A stretch of DNA of 64,000 nucleotides from Escherichia coli. GTDB lineage: Bacteria; Pseudomonadota; Gammaproteobacteria; Enterobacterales; Enterobacteriaceae. The notes under the pieces were generated by a model that was not told where the DNA came from, did no database searches, and saw nothing but the letters and a program-made list of their open reading frames with translations. The stretch is taken from NCBI RefSeq assembly GCF_003334355.1, contig NZ_QOWP01000023.1; one strand, written 5' to 3'. How positions within the stretch are numbered: position 1 is the stretch's first letter; every line of letters begins with the position of its first letter. A program made the position numbers and the translations under genes. Positions 35,611 to 47,553 of the stretch are shown in pieces.

Positions 35611-36445
35611 GATTATCCCCTTCTCCTGCGTTGACGGGCCAGGCAGTCGTCTGGCTCTGTTTTTGCAGGGCTGCAATCTGCGCTGCAAAAACTGTCACAA
35701 TCCGTGGACGATGGGGCGCTGTAATCATTGCGGAGAGTGCGTGCCACAGTGTCCGCATCAGGCGTTGCAGATTGTTGACGGCAAAGTGGTGTGGAACGCT
35801 GCGGTCTGCGAGCAGTGTGATACCTGCCTGAAGAGGTGTCCGCAACATGCCACGCCGATGGCGCAATCCATGAGCGTGGACGAAGTGCTTAGCCATGTCC
35901 GCAAAGCGGTGCTGTTTATTGAAGGGATAACGGTAAGCGGCGGCGAAGCCACGACCCAACTGCCGTTTGTAGTGGCGCTGTTTACTGCTATCAAAAACGA
36001 TCCGCAACTGCGCCATCTCACCTGTCTGGTGGACAGTAACGGCATGTTGAGCGAAACCGGCTGGGAAAAATTACTCCCGGTGTGTGACGGCGCAATGCTC
36101 GATCTCAAAGCATGGGGTAGCGAATGTCATCAACAATTAACCGGACGCGATAATCAGCAGATTAAGCGCAGCATCTGTTTGCTGGCAGAGCGCGGCAAGC
36201 TGGCGGAACTGCGTTTGCTGGTAATCCCTGGCCAGGTGGATTATTTGCAACACATCGAAGAACTGGCGGCGTTTATCAAGGGACTTGGCGATGTTCCGGT
36301 ACGCCTGAACGCGTTTCATGCCCACGGCGTGTATGGCGAGGCGCAAAGCTGGGCGAGCGCCACGCCGGAAGACGTTGAGCCGTTGGCTGATGCATTAAAG
36401 GTGCGCGGGGGGGGCCGGTTGATATTTCCGGCGCTGTATTTGTGA
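35582..36445 (+). CDS. yjjW: Glycyl-radical enzyme activating protein (radical SAM) YjjW
   Basis: 287 aa; Cys clusters ([12 protein letters not shown]; [13 protein letters not shown]...[12 protein letters not shown]); overlaps yjjI 3' end. Confidence 0.88.
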
Positions 36446-36447
36446 CA

Positions 36448-36950
<503 letters not shown>

Positions 36951-36961
36951 CGAAGGGTAAA

Positions 36962-37744
36962 CTACCCACTAACGCTAAACAACGCATACGTATTATTAAG
37001 CAACACTTCGGCAATCTCATCTTCTGGTTCCGGGCGCAACTCGCAAAGCACGTCAAACACCCGCACAGCCTGTTCCGGTCGGTTAGGCTGCCCCTGAAAG
37101 CCGTTGAGCGGCATATCCGGCGCGTCGGTTTCCAGCAACAACGATGCCAGCGGTAATTTTGCGATGACATCGCGGGTTTTACTGGCGCGTGGATAGGTGA
37201 TAGTACCGCCTACGCCGATTTTGTAGCCCAGCTGTACAAACCGCTCGGCCTGTTGCAGGCTGCCGGAAAAACCGTGAACCACGCCAGTGCACGGTAAATC
37301 GTGACGTTTAAGATGCATCGCCAGTTTGTCGTGTGTACGCCGGGAATGAAGGATCACCGGCAGATCGTAGCGTTTCGCCAGTTTCAGCTGTTCGTCGAGT
37401 AACCACTGCTGCCTCTCAAATTGCGGATCGTCGCCGAAGAGATCCAGACCGATCTCCCCCACCGCCACCACCTTCGCCGGACGCCTTTCCAGCGCCTGCT
37501 GTAGCTGATCAAGAGACACATCGCTATGTTTTTCCAACATCCCCGGATGCAACCCCAATGCGGCATACAGCGGTTGATATTTTTCCGCTAACGCCTGCAC
37601 GCGGGCAAAATTTTCCGCCTCTGTCGCCGGAACAATGATCTTGCCTACGCCCGCTTGTGCCGCGCGTTGCAGGCTGGCCTCTTCATCGCCACTAAACGGC
37701 GGGAAATCAAAATGGCAGTGGGTATCGATAAAACGGCAAATCAA
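36962..37744 (-). CDS. yjjV: TatD-family metal-dependent hydrolase YjjV
   Basis: 260 aa, MICRFIDTHCHFDFPPF... (TatD HxH motif). Confidence 0.88.
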   Translation of the reverse strand: MICRFIDTHCHFDFPPFSGDEEASLQRAAQAGVGKIIVPATEAENFARVQALAEKYQPLYAALGLHPGMLEKHSDVSLDQLQQALERRPAKVVAVGEIGLDLFGDDPQFERQQWLLDEQLKLAKRYDLPVILHSRRTHDKLAMHLKRHDLPCTGVVHGFSGSLQQAERFVQLGYKIGVGGTITYPRASKTRDVIAKLPLASLLLETDAPDMPLNGFQGQPNRPEQAVRVFDVLCELRPEPEDEIAEVLLNNTYALFSVSG

Positions 37745-38850
37745 GCCAGATCCTCATTGTTAAATGTCGGGTCGTTCGCCTGCGGAGCATCGCTCACTTC
37801 GGCAACCAGCGTATCGTTGGCGACTGGCGCAGGCGGAATAACGATCGATTCCGGCGTCACCACTGGCACCAGATGGCGGGTAAGCGGCGCTTTTTCAGTT
37901 AATAGCTTGCCAACCGTGGCGAGGAAATAACGACCGCATAAACGCCCAAGTTTATAGTCTTCACGCAGCGCCGGAATCCGACTGCCAAGCGCGATACTAT
38001 GTAATGGTTTCGGTGGATAAATTTCGAATATCCGCAGCTTGCCCGGTGGTTTCTCAATAAATTGCTGAATGTCACGATAGCTGGTTTCATGATGCTGCAC
38101 CAGATTGACCAGCGGCTGCAGGCTACTGTCACCCAGCCAGCGTTCCATGCGTTTGAACCACTGCGGCGTGTAGTACATTTGTGACGGCACAGTGCGGATG
38201 ACGACCAACGTTTTAGCGCCCTGCCTTGCCGCCTCTTTAACCGGAATCGCATCACTGATCCCGCCATCCAGGTAGTTAATGCCTTCCAGCGACACTCCGC
38301 TACGATAAAAGCCAGGTATCGCACTGGAGGCGCGAATCACATCCAGCCAGTTTTGTTTGGTTGGTAAAAAGTAATTAGGCGCGTAGTCATCCTGACGACA
38401 GGCGCACATATAAAACGATTTGCCGCTGTCAAACAACCGCGCGGCGGTATCCATTTGCAACGGCATCTGGCTTGCGGTGGCCTCCACCAGCCAGTCGAGA
38501 TCGATAAGATTTCCTCCACGGACAAAGCGCAATGGATCGAAAAATTCGCGTTTTGTGGTATAGCACATGATGACTTTGCGCGCGTAACCGGGCTGATTGC
38601 AGATAAACGCCGAGAGGTTCTGCGCCCCGGCAGATGTGCCGAGATAAAGATCGAAAGGATTAAACTGCGCGCGCATAAACTCATCCAGCACGCCAGCCGT
38701 GAAAATTCCACGCTGTCCGCCGCCTTCGCACACCAGAGCTATTCGTCCAGGCTGGAACGGCCTTAGCGACAACGGCGCAATATTACCAAGCGTTACAGGT
38801 ATTCGCTGCCCCACCTCTGCCTTCCTGTTTTTGTTGTGAAAGAATGACAA
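37741..38850 (-). CDS. yjjU: Patatin-like phospholipase family protein YjjU
   Basis: Contains GGGQRG glycine-rich and GTSAG serine-hydrolase motifs; exact start uncertain (K-12 form may begin ~12 codons downstream). Confidence 0.82.
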   Translation of the reverse strand: MSFFHNKNRKAEVGQRIPVTLGNIAPLSLRPFQPGRIALVCEGGGQRGIFTAGVLDEFMRAQFNPFDLYLGTSAGAQNLSAFICNQPGYARKVIMCYTTKREFFDPLRFVRGGNLIDLDWLVEATASQMPLQMDTAARLFDSGKSFYMCACRQDDYAPNYFLPTKQNWLDVIRASSAIPGFYRSGVSLEGINYLDGGISDAIPVKEAARQGAKTLVVIRTVPSQMYYTPQWFKRMERWLGDSSLQPLVNLVQHHETSYRDIQQFIEKPPGKLRIFEIYPPKPLHSIALGSRIPALREDYKLGRLCGRYFLATVGKLLTEKAPLTRHLVPVVTPESIVIPPAPVANDTLVAEVSDAPQANDPTFNNEDLA

Positions 38851-38935
38851 AGTAACGCAATTTATTATTCGCTAAAACCGCAAAAGCCAGTCCGCTGGAC
38901 TGGCTTTGGATAAAATTTTCTTAATGGTCTGAAAT

Positions 38936-39097
38936 CTAGGGTCGTTTTCGGCCCATGAACAAACTCACCAGGAACAGAATAATCCCGACGACAAAGACAA
39001 TTTTAGCTGCGCCTGCAGCGGTACCGGCCAGACCACCAAACCCAAGTGCGGCGGCGATTAACGCGATAACCAGAAATATGATGCCCCAACGAAACAT
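38936..39097 (-). CDS. ytjA: Small membrane protein YtjA (DUF1328)
   Basis: Listed ORF contains [53 protein letters not shown]; start trimmed to the 53-aa form. Confidence 0.8.
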
Positions 39098-39223
39098 AAG
39101 CGTCTCCTTTACCATAGTTAATGTCACCGCTTGATATGAGCGTGAAAATCACTCAATGCGATATTTTTAGTGTGGTGCACATCGCGCCTCCCGACAAAGT
39201 TCGGGAGGACGAATTACGACGAA

Positions 39224-39829
39224 TTACTTAGTTTTCAGATCATTTTTAACGCTTTTCACACCATCTACCGCTTTGGCGATACTTTCAGCACGGTCGCTCT
39301 GTGCCTGGGAATCGACGGTACCGGAGAGCTGAACCACGCCGTCGGTGGTTTCAACTTTCACATGACGGGAAGGGACGATATCGTCCGCCAGCAGTTTGGC
39401 TTTGATTTCACTGGTGGTGGCGGTGTCACCCGCGTAGCCCTTCACAGAGCCTTCTTTAGCGTCGCGAACGTGCAGTTTGTCGCTGACAGAGGTCACCCCT
39501 TCAACGCCTTTCGCCACTTTCACTGCCTCTTCGGCCTGAGCCTGGCTTTCAACGAAACCGCTCAGGGTCACGACTTTTTGATCGGTTTTGACAGAGATAT
39601 CGGTGCTCTTGATGTTGTCATGATCCACCAGGGCCGCCTTCACTTTCGCGGTGATGGCGCTGTCATCCATGAAATTACCGACTTTATTCATAGAGCTATC
39701 GACTTTTTGCCCTGCGCTTTCATTGGTAGTCTGCGCGTTGTTTTCCGCGTAGGCAGAGCCTGTCGCGACGGCAGAGGTCAACATTACAGCCAGCAGAGTT
39801 TTCGAAATCTTCAGTCTTGTCATAGTCAT
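39224..39829 (-). CDS. osmY: Osmotically inducible periplasmic protein OsmY
   Basis: Listed ORF contains [28 protein letters not shown]... and two BON domains; start trimmed to 201-aa form. Confidence 0.92.
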
Positions 39830-40221
39830 CGATTTATTCCTGTAAGTTTGCTCGTAATTTGAGCCTGGCAACACGAGGTTGCATTGCTGAATAGGGAGAG
39901 ACTTCACCCTCTACAGAAGTCAATGGTCGCCATCACAAAAGCGATGGGTGATGAATAACGACCATTACAGCCTCTGAATCAGTTATTAATATCGGTAGAA
40001 TGACAATCTACGGCTTTAGATACTGATATCTACGCATTGAACGGTATTTAACGCCGTCAGAAATGTCATTACTTTGTTAAATATAGATCACAATTTTGAA
40101 ACCGCTCGGGATATCATCGAAAACATAAGCAAAAGTGAATGTTTTAAGAACATTCCGTAAGCGGCTAATAAGGAAGGGAAATTGACAGGGCGCAGCGGCT
40201 ACCGCGCCCTGGAGGCAAGAA

Positions 40222-41811
40222 TTAATGCTCGCGGGTCTGGTGGAACTGAACGTCCGGATAACGTTCCTGCGCCAGGCGCAGGTTGACCATGCTGGTAGCG
40301 ATGTAAGCGAGGTTATCGCCGCCATCAAGCGCCAGTTGGCTTTCGTTCTTACGCTTGAACTCTTCGAATTTCTTCGCGTCTGCACATTCTACCCAGCGGG
40401 CGGTGGCAACGTTGACTGATTCATATACTGCTTCAACGTTGTATTCGCTCTTCAGGCGCGATACCACCACATCAAACTGCAGCACACCAACCGCACCAAC
40501 GATCAGATCGTTGTTGGAGATTGGACGGAACACCTGCACCGCGCCCTCTTCGGAAAGCTGTACCAGCCCTTTGAGCAGCTGTTTTTGCTTCAGCGGATCT
40601 TTCAGGCGGATGCGACGGAACAGTTCTGGCGCGAAGTTCGGAATACCGGTGAACTTCATCATCTCACCCTGGGTAAAGGTGTCGCCAATCTGAATGGTGC
40701 CGTGGTTGTGCAGGCCGAGGATATCGCCCGGATATGCTTCTTCAACGTGCGAACGGTCACCTGCCATAAAGGTCAGCGCGTCGGAGATCACCACATCTTT
40801 CGCAGTGCGCACCTGGCGCAGCTTCATGCCTTTTTCATATTTACCGGATACCACGCGCATAAACGCCACGCGGTCGCGGTGTTTCGGGTCCATGTTGGCC
40901 TGAATTTTAAATACGAAGCCGGTAAATTTGTCTTCGCTCGCCTCTACGGTACGGGTATCAGTCTGACGCGGCATCGGCGCAGGAGCCCACTCCACCAGGC
41001 CATCCAGCATATGATCGACACCGAAGTTACCCAGCGCAGTACCGAAGAATACCGGAGTGATTTCGCCCGCAAGGAACAGCTCTTTGTCGAACTCATTAGA
41101 CGCGCCTTTCACCAGTTCCAGTTCGTCACGCAGCTGCTGTGCCAGATCTTCACCGACCGCTGCATCGAGATCCGGGTTATTCAGCCCTTTAACAATGCGG
41201 ACTTCCTGAATGGTGTGGCCTTTACCGCTCTGATAGAGATAGGTTTCGTCTTTATAAAGGTGGTAAACGCCTTTAAACAGCTTGCCGCAGCCGATCGGCC
41301 AGGTGATCGGTGCGCAGCCGATTTTCAGCTCGTTCTCAACTTCATCGAGCAGTTCCATCGGGTCGCGGATATCACGGTCAAGTTTGTTCATAAAGGTGAG
41401 GATCGGCGTGTCGCGCAGACGGGTAACTTCCATCAGCTTGCGGGTACGATCTTCAACACCTTTTGCGGCGTCGATAACCATCAGACAGCAGTCCACCGCC
41501 GTCAGGGTACGATAGGTATCTTCCGAGAAGTCTTCGTGCCCCGGGGTGTCGAGCAGATTAACCAGGCAATCGTGATACGGAAACTGCATCACAGACGTAG
41601 TAATGGAGATCCCACGCTGCTTTTCCATCTCCATCCAGTCCGACTTAGCGTGCTGGTTAGAGCCACGGCCTTTTACTGTACCGGCGGTCTGAATGGCCTG
41701 TCCGAACAGCAGCACCTTCTCGGTGATGGTAGTCTTACCGGCGTCCGGGTGAGAAATAATGGCAAAAGTGCGGCGCTTCGCCACCTCTTGCAAATAAGGA
41801 GACAACGTCAT
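40222..41811 (-). CDS. prfC: Peptide chain release factor 3
   Basis: Listed ORF contains [37 protein letters not shown]...; GTPase motifs; start trimmed to 529-aa form. Confidence 0.95.
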
Positions 41812-41901
41812 AATTCTTTCTTCTTGAGTAAGCGGCATCGCGCCGCGCTTGTTGAAAACGAAAAATTGCGGCTATTTTACCCATCAACGGGGGGGAGGCA
41901 A

Positions 41902-42579
41902 TCAGTGTTTACACAGGAGCTGCTCCAGTTCGTGCAACGAAGAAACGGTCCAGGTGGGCGCGATGCCTTCTGGTTGCTCGCGATTGTGCGCATTCAGCCA
42001 GCAGGTCGCAAGCCCGGCGTTGATGCCACCGAGAATATCGGACTCGGCAGTGTCGCCAACCATCAGCACGCGTGAACGGTCAGGATTGCCCGCCTGTTCC
42101 AGCGCATAATCGAAAATTTTCTTATTCGGTTTGGCAACGCCAACTTCTTCGGAAATCACCAGCAAATCGAAGTAATCACGCAGGCCCGTGCGTTCCAGAC
42201 GCACCTGTTGCAAGGCACTAAAGCCGTTGGTGATGATGCCGATTTTGGCGTTGCCACGAATGGCGTTAAGCAGAGAAACCGCGCCCGGCAGCGGCGTGCA
42301 GATTTCCGCCATCGCATTAATAAAGGCTTCGTTGAGTTTACCCGGCTCGACGTTCAGCCGTTCGGCCCAGCTCTCGAAACGCCCGTGCTGAAGCTGTAAT
42401 GAAGTGATCGCGCCGTTTTGATAATCCACCCACAGAGGCTTGTTAACGGCCTGATAGTCCTGAAAATCTTCAGCGGTAAAGGTGACGCTGTAATCAAGAA
42501 ACATCCGCTGCAGGCCGGTGAATGAGTCAAAGGTAAACAGCGTTTCATCGGCATCAAAGAAAATCCAGTCCCACTTCAT
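41902..42579 (-). CDS. yjjG: HAD-family pyrimidine 5'-nucleotidase YjjG
   Basis: 225 aa, [15 protein letters not shown]... (HAD DxD motif). Confidence 0.9.
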   Translation of the reverse strand: MKWDWIFFDADETLFTFDSFTGLQRMFLDYSVTFTAEDFQDYQAVNKPLWVDYQNGAITSLQLQHGRFESWAERLNVEPGKLNEAFINAMAEICTPLPGAVSLLNAIRGNAKIGIITNGFSALQQVRLERTGLRDYFDLLVISEEVGVAKPNKKIFDYALEQAGNPDRSRVLMVGDTAESDILGGINAGLATCWLNAHNREQPEGIAPTWTVSSLHELEQLLCKH

Positions 42580-42593
42580 TATTCCACCTTGTC

Positions 42594-43040
42594 TTACATA
42601 CTGATTGGCAACGCCATGATGATGGCGTCTTCGCGACCGTCCGTGGTGGGGTAGTAATTGCGGCGAATCGTCGCCTCGTTAAAGCCTAAACTTTCGTACA
42701 GGGCAATGGCGGCAGCGTTTGAGGCACGGACTTCCAGCCAGAGCGTCGCCACGCCGCGTTTTTCCAGTTCATCGATCAGATGTTCCAGCAGCGCCCTTCC
42801 CAATCCCTGACGCTGATAGTCAGGATCGACCGCAATATTGAACAATGTAGCTTCATCCAGCACCACTTGCGTAATCGCAAACGCCGCCATTTTGCCGTTT
42901 TGCGTTAACTGAAAGTTGAGATAACGCTCGCCCTGGTTGCTGGCAAAGGTTTTTTCACTCCACGGAAAGGCGTGGGCGCGTTGTTCAATGTGGTAAGCCG
43001 CTGGTAAATCAGTCGTTTCGAGGGAAGAAATCGTGTTCAT
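42594..43040 (-). CDS. rimI: Ribosomal protein S18 alanine N-acetyltransferase RimI
   Basis: 148 aa GNAT acetyltransferase, [32 protein letters not shown]... Confidence 0.92.
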   Translation of the reverse strand: MNTISSLETTDLPAAYHIEQRAHAFPWSEKTFASNQGERYLNFQLTQNGKMAAFAITQVVLDEATLFNIAVDPDYQRQGLGRALLEHLIDELEKRGVATLWLEVRASNAAAIALYESLGFNEATIRRNYYPTTDGREDAIIMALPISM

Positions 43041-43422
43041 ATGTGCAAATTTGTTGCCATAACGCGGCGCGTGCCGTTGGGTTTGCCCGTAATTCGGTGA
43101 GCGCCGGTGATGCCACCTGAGCGCCTTCCAGTGATAGCGGTTCGTCAGTACCCAACCGCCAGCTGTTGCAGCGACTGCCTTGCGGCAGCATCGCGATTTT
43201 TTCTGGCGTCAGTTGCAGCACTTGATCGGGGCTGACGGTTAATGCGCGCAGAACATCGCTCACTAAAGGATCAGTCAGGGCGGGAAGATCGTTTGCCACC
43301 ATCACCAGACGGACGTGTGCCGGGATCGCAATGGCAATCTCCCCCTGCAACGCGCCAGGGCGACGCAGCGACCACTGGGTAATGCCCAGTTGCTGTAACT
43401 GCCAGTCTCGTCGGGATGTCAT
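43009..43422 (-). CDS. holD: DNA polymerase III psi subunit HolD
   Basis: 137 aa, MTSRRDWQLQQLGITQWSLRRPGALQGEIAIA...; 3' end overlaps rimI start by 32 bp. Confidence 0.92.
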   Translation of the reverse strand: MTSRRDWQLQQLGITQWSLRRPGALQGEIAIAIPAHVRLVMVANDLPALTDPLVSDVLRALTVSPDQVLQLTPEKIAMLPQGSRCNSWRLGTDEPLSLEGAQVASPALTELRANPTARAALWQQICTYEHDFFPRND

Positions 43423-43524
43423 AGCGAATCGCTCCTGTTGTCAGGGGCGCAAATATAGCAAATTCGTCGATACCGCGCCAACATATGGCTATAATCGCCG
43501 CCAGTATCAATTGAGGAGCATTCC

Positions 43525-44556
43525 ATGTCTGCATTTACCCCGGCAAGTGAAGTCTTGCTGCGTCACAGTGATGATTTCGAACAAAGCCGTATTCTGTTTG
43601 CCGGAGACTTACAGGATGACCTGCCCGCGCGTTTAGATACCGCGGCCAGCCGTGCTCATACCCAGCAATTCCACCACTGGCAGGTATTAAGCCGCCAGAT
43701 GGGGGATAACGCCCGTTTCAGTCTGGTCGCCACGGCGGATGACGTCGCAGATTGCGATACGCTGATTTACTACTGGCCGAAGAACAAACCGGAAGCCCAG
43801 TTCCAGTTGATGAATTTACTTTCTCTGCTGCCAGTGGGGACAGATATTTTTGTCGTTGGCGAGAACCGCAGCGGCGTGCGCAGCGCCGAGCAGATGCTGG
43901 CAGATTATGCGCCGTTGAATAAAGTCGACAGCGCTCGTCGCTGTGGCCTCTATTTTGGTCGTCTGGAAAAACAGCCGGTATTTGATGCCGATAAATTCTG
44001 GGGCGAATACAGCGTCGATGGCCTGACGGTCAAAACGCTGCCTGGCGTGTTTAGCCGCGACGGTCTGGATGTCGGTAGCCAGTTGCTGCTCTCGACGTTA
44101 ACCCCGCACACGAAAGGTAAAGTGCTGGATGTCGGCTGTGGCGCGGGTGTGCTTTCAGTTGCCTTTGCGCGCCATTCGCCGAAAATTCGTCTCACCTTGT
44201 GCGATGTCTCTGCGCCAGCGGTAGAAGCCAGCCGCGCAACACTTGCGGCCAACGGTGTTGAAGGTGAAGTCTTTGCCAGCAACGTCTTTTCCGAGGTGAA
44301 AGGTCGTTTTGATATGATCATCTCCAACCCGCCGTTCCACGATGGGATGCAAACCAGCCTGGATGCGGCGCAAACGCTGATTCGCGGCGCGGTGCGTCAT
44401 CTTAATAGCGGCGGCGAGCTGCGAATTGTAGCGAACGCCTTCCTGCCTTACCCGGACGTGCTGGATGAGACATTTGGCTTCCATGAAGTGATTGCGCAAA
44501 CCGGGCGTTTCAAGGTGTATCGCGCCATTATGACCCGCCAGGCGAAGAAAGGTTAA
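43525..44556 (+). CDS. rsmC: 16S rRNA (guanine1207-N2)-methyltransferase RsmC
   Basis: 343 aa, [32 protein letters not shown]...; SAM-binding motif [12 protein letters not shown]. Confidence 0.92.
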   Translation: MSAFTPASEVLLRHSDDFEQSRILFAGDLQDDLPARLDTAASRAHTQQFHHWQVLSRQMGDNARFSLVATADDVADCDTLIYYWPKNKPEAQFQLMNLLSLLPVGTDIFVVGENRSGVRSAEQMLADYAPLNKVDSARRCGLYFGRLEKQPVFDADKFWGEYSVDGLTVKTLPGVFSRDGLDVGSQLLLSTLTPHTKGKVLDVGCGAGVLSVAFARHSPKIRLTLCDVSAPAVEASRATLAANGVEGEVFASNVFSEVKGRFDMIISNPPFHDGMQTSLDAAQTLIRGAVRHLNSGGELRIVANAFLPYPDVLDETFGFHEVIAQTGRFKVYRAIMTRQAKKG

Positions 44557-44574
44557 TTATCTCGCCGAATACCG

Positions 44575-44730
<156 letters not shown>

Positions 44731-44795
44731 AACCTGCACGTTAGTTTCCTGATGGACATTTTTCCAGCAATTACACCTCCGGCGATAATTAACTA

Positions 44796-44823
44796 TTGAC
44801 GAAAAGCTGAAAACCACTAGAAT
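44796..44823 (+). promoter_or_regulatory. tRNA-Leu (leuV) promoter
   Basis: -35 ttgacg, 16-bp spacer, -10 tagaat, GC-rich discriminator gcgcctcc typical of stringently controlled tRNA promoters. Confidence 0.7.
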
Positions 44824-44864
44824 GCGCCTCCGTGGTAGCAATTCTTTTTAAGAATTGATGGTAT

Positions 44865-44951
44865 GCGAAGGTGGCGGAATTGGTAGACGCGCTAGCTTCA
44901 GGTGTTAGTGTCCTTACGGACGTGGGGGTTCAAGTCCCCCCCCTCGCACCA
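44865..44951 (+). tRNA. leuV: tRNA-Leu (anticodon CAG), single copy
   Basis: 87-nt sequence gcgaaggtggcggaattggtagacgcgctagcttcaggtgttagtgtccttacggacgtgggggttcaagtcccccccctcgcacca with long variable arm and encoded CCA. Confidence 0.93.
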
Positions 44952-44989
44952 ATTATCTTTACTTCCTTTCTTGTTTCTTCCTTGATTTT

Positions 44990-45226
44990 TCATCCCTGAT
45001 TCAAATTCATTATCATCAGCATGATGGCAGCAATAAGCGCCAGGCACGATGGTAGCAAAACGTAATGCCGTAACTGTTTGTGATACAGCATCACCGGCGT
45101 CAATACTAATCCCATCAGAATGACAATCCGCCACTGATCCGGCGATAAATCCGCATACATCAGCCCTGCAATCAGCAATCCCGGCAGCAACACTCCCCAG
45201 CCACTGCCCAGCGTACGTTGCAACAT
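44990..45226 (-). CDS. yjjZ: Small membrane protein YjjZ
   Basis: Listed ORF contains MLQRTLGSGWGVLLPGLLIAGLMYADLSPDQWRIVILMGLVLTPVMLYHKQLRHYVLLPSCLALIAAIMLMIMNLNQG; start trimmed to the 78-aa form. Confidence 0.8.
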   Translation of the reverse strand: MLQRTLGSGWGVLLPGLLIAGLMYADLSPDQWRIVILMGLVLTPVMLYHKQLRHYVLLPSCLALIAAIMLMIMNLNQG

Positions 45227-45242
45227 GGTTTCATCTCTTTCA

Positions 45243-45352
45243 TTGATAATGATAACCAATATCATATGATAATTTTTATCATTTGCAAGCCAGAGAAATC
45301 CCTTGCTATCGGGTAAACCTATCGCTAGGATTAGCAATCATTATCATTTAGA
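45243..45352. promoter_or_regulatory. fhuF promoter region with Fur boxes
   Basis: gataatgataaccaatatcatatgataatttttatc and caatcattatcattta resemble the Fur consensus gataatgataatcattatc. Confidence 0.7.
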
Positions 45353-45366
45353 TTACTATCCCGATT

Positions 45367-46155
45367 ATGGCCTATCGTTCCGCACCGCTCTATGAAGATA
45401 TCATCTGGCGAACGCATCTCCAGCCGCAGGATGCTGGGCTTGCACAAGCCGTACGTGCGACGATCGCCAAACATCGTGAACATTTGCTCGAGTTTATCCG
45501 CCTGGATGAACCCGCTCCGCTTAACGCCATGACGCTGGCGCAATGGTCATCACCGAATGCGCTAAGTTCTCTACTCGCGGTCTATTCCGATCATATCTAT
45601 CGCAACCAACCAACGATGATCCGCGAGAACAAACCGCTGATCTCACTATGGGCACAATGGTATATCGGCCTGATGGTGCCACCATTAATGCTGGCGCTAC
45701 TGACGCAGGAAAAGGCATTAGATGTGTCGCCGGAACATTTCCATGCTGAGTTTCACGAAACCGGACGCGTCGCCTGTTTCTGGGTCGATGTGTGTGAAGA
45801 TAAAAACGCAACACCACATTCGCCGCAGCAGCGAATGGAAACGTTAATCAGCCAGGCGCTGGTTCCGGTTGTGCAGGCACTAGAAGCGACCGGAGAGATC
45901 AACGGCAAACTTATCTGGAGTAATACCGGTTATTTGATCAACTGGTATCTCACTGAGATGAAGCAGCTGCTCGGCGAGGCGACGGTTGAATCGCTGCGCC
46001 ATGCCCTCTTTTTTGAGAAAACGCTCACGAACGGTGAAGATAATCCACTCTGGCGTACCGTGGTACTGCGCGATGGCCTGCTGGTGCGCCGCACTTGCTG
46101 CCAGCGTTATCGCTTACCGGATGTGCAGCAATGTGGCGATTGTACGCTGAAATGA
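45367..46155 (+). CDS. fhuF: Ferric-siderophore reductase FhuF (2Fe-2S)
   Basis: 262 aa; C-terminal Cys cluster CCQRYRLPDVQQCGDCTLK. Confidence 0.92.
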   Translation: MAYRSAPLYEDIIWRTHLQPQDAGLAQAVRATIAKHREHLLEFIRLDEPAPLNAMTLAQWSSPNALSSLLAVYSDHIYRNQPTMIRENKPLISLWAQWYIGLMVPPLMLALLTQEKALDVSPEHFHAEFHETGRVACFWVDVCEDKNATPHSPQQRMETLISQALVPVVQALEATGEINGKLIWSNTGYLINWYLTEMKQLLGEATVESLRHALFFEKTLTNGEDNPLWRTVVLRDGLLVRRTCCQRYRLPDVQQCGDCTLK

Positions 46156-46192
46156 AAGCACTGCCGGGGAAGTAAACCCGGCATCATGCGGA

Positions 46193-46870
46193 TTAATAGG
46201 GATGCAACACATTACTTGCTTCGCAATGCCGCATACATAACAGAATATCTGCGGCCTCCAACAACCCTGCATCAGAACTGACGCCCAGTTTCGACATCAC
46301 ATTAAATTTATGTGCACGGATCGTTTTGATATTGCGTTTAAGCTGCTCGGCAATTTGTGTCATTGAGTAGCCACGCGACATAAAGCGCAATATTTCTCTC
46401 TCCGTGGGGCTTAGCGTCCGGCTTTGGTTAATGTACCACTGATTGTTCAGTCGGTCGGTCGCCTGACGTACACCATTTAATGACAAAAAGAGTTCCTGAT
46501 GAAAAATCTCCAGCGTTGACGCTTTACTTAATACACCGTCCAGCGGTGATGGCGACAATGAACCAATCAGCCGAGCTTCAATATCATCATCCGCAATAAC
46601 TAAACGCCGGGTACGCGGAAACTTAATCGCCAGTTCAGTCAGGCAAGATAATCCCTCTCTGCGCTCACTTCTCATGGCAGAAAAAGAAAAAATGACCGCC
46701 GCAAACGAGATCCGCGACATGGCATCCTGAAATGACTCCTGACTGGTATAGGTATGGAGCTTATAAGGGTTACCCGCAAACTTTCTGAATAAACTCTCAA
46801 TACCGATACTACTCATGACGCATTTTTCTATGAGTGCGACATTTCTCTTCTTAATTCGGCTGTGTTCCAT
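46193..46870 (-). CDS. bglJ: LuxR-family transcriptional regulator BglJ
   Basis: 225 aa; C-terminal LuxR HTH ([44 protein letters not shown]). Confidence 0.9.
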
Positions 46871-47553
46871 TCTGCGGCATCTCCATAAACAGAAGGCAAG
46901 TTAAGTTCTCTTGCACCCTGCGCGCTATTTATCCATGCATACATTTCAGCGTTGCTGTGAATTGCCAGTCGACGCATCGCACTGTTTTTTTGGGCGCTGA
47001 TAGTTTTATTACTTTTCTTAAGCAACGAAGCTATCTGGTTGATGCCCCATCCTTTACCTAATAGCCGCAGTACCTTGCGCTCTGAAAGAGTGAGAATGAC
47101 GGAGCGATAGCTAAAATCATGAGTTTCAGTCATTGCCGGAGAGGTCAGCATGGCGCTGATACGCTCTGCGTGCGTATTGCCGGAACGTACGGTCTTGACC
47201 AGATTCTCAATGGGTTCAACATCAGACAATAACGTCGCCGTAGGGCACATGAGCAATTCTACTGCCTGGGAATACCAGGAGCGTGACACCATGAAAACCC
47301 AGTGAATTTCCCGATATTGTGAGATTAAAGAATAATAATGTTCACAAACAGAACGTGGATCTTCACTTTCACCGGCTAAATCAGCAATGACTAATCCGGA
47401 ACGACGTAATTGTAATAAGGTAAGGTCCTCCGCAGAGGCGCTGGATATTATTTCATATTCAGGGAAGTGAGTCCTCATGACCTCTTTTAACCCTGCTTGC
47501 ATAACAGGTATTTTACTGATAACAATTCCATTTTTGCAGCATCCTGGCAACAT
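46828..47553 (-). CDS. yjjQ: LuxR-family transcriptional regulator YjjQ
   Basis: 241 aa; C-terminal LuxR HTH ([41 protein letters not shown]); overlaps bglJ start. Confidence 0.9.

Noticed and set aside
37741-38850. Patatin-like phospholipase YjjU as a possible defence-system effector
   Set aside because: Patatin domains do occur in some anti-phage systems, but yjjU-yjjV is a conserved core locus at the same position as in K-12, with no sensor or nucleotide-cyclase partner genes nearby.
40585-42075. 496-aa plus-strand ORF antisense to prfC and yjjG
   Set aside because: It overlaps two conserved genes on the opposite strand and spans their intergenic region; it is a stop-codon-poor antisense frame, not a gene.
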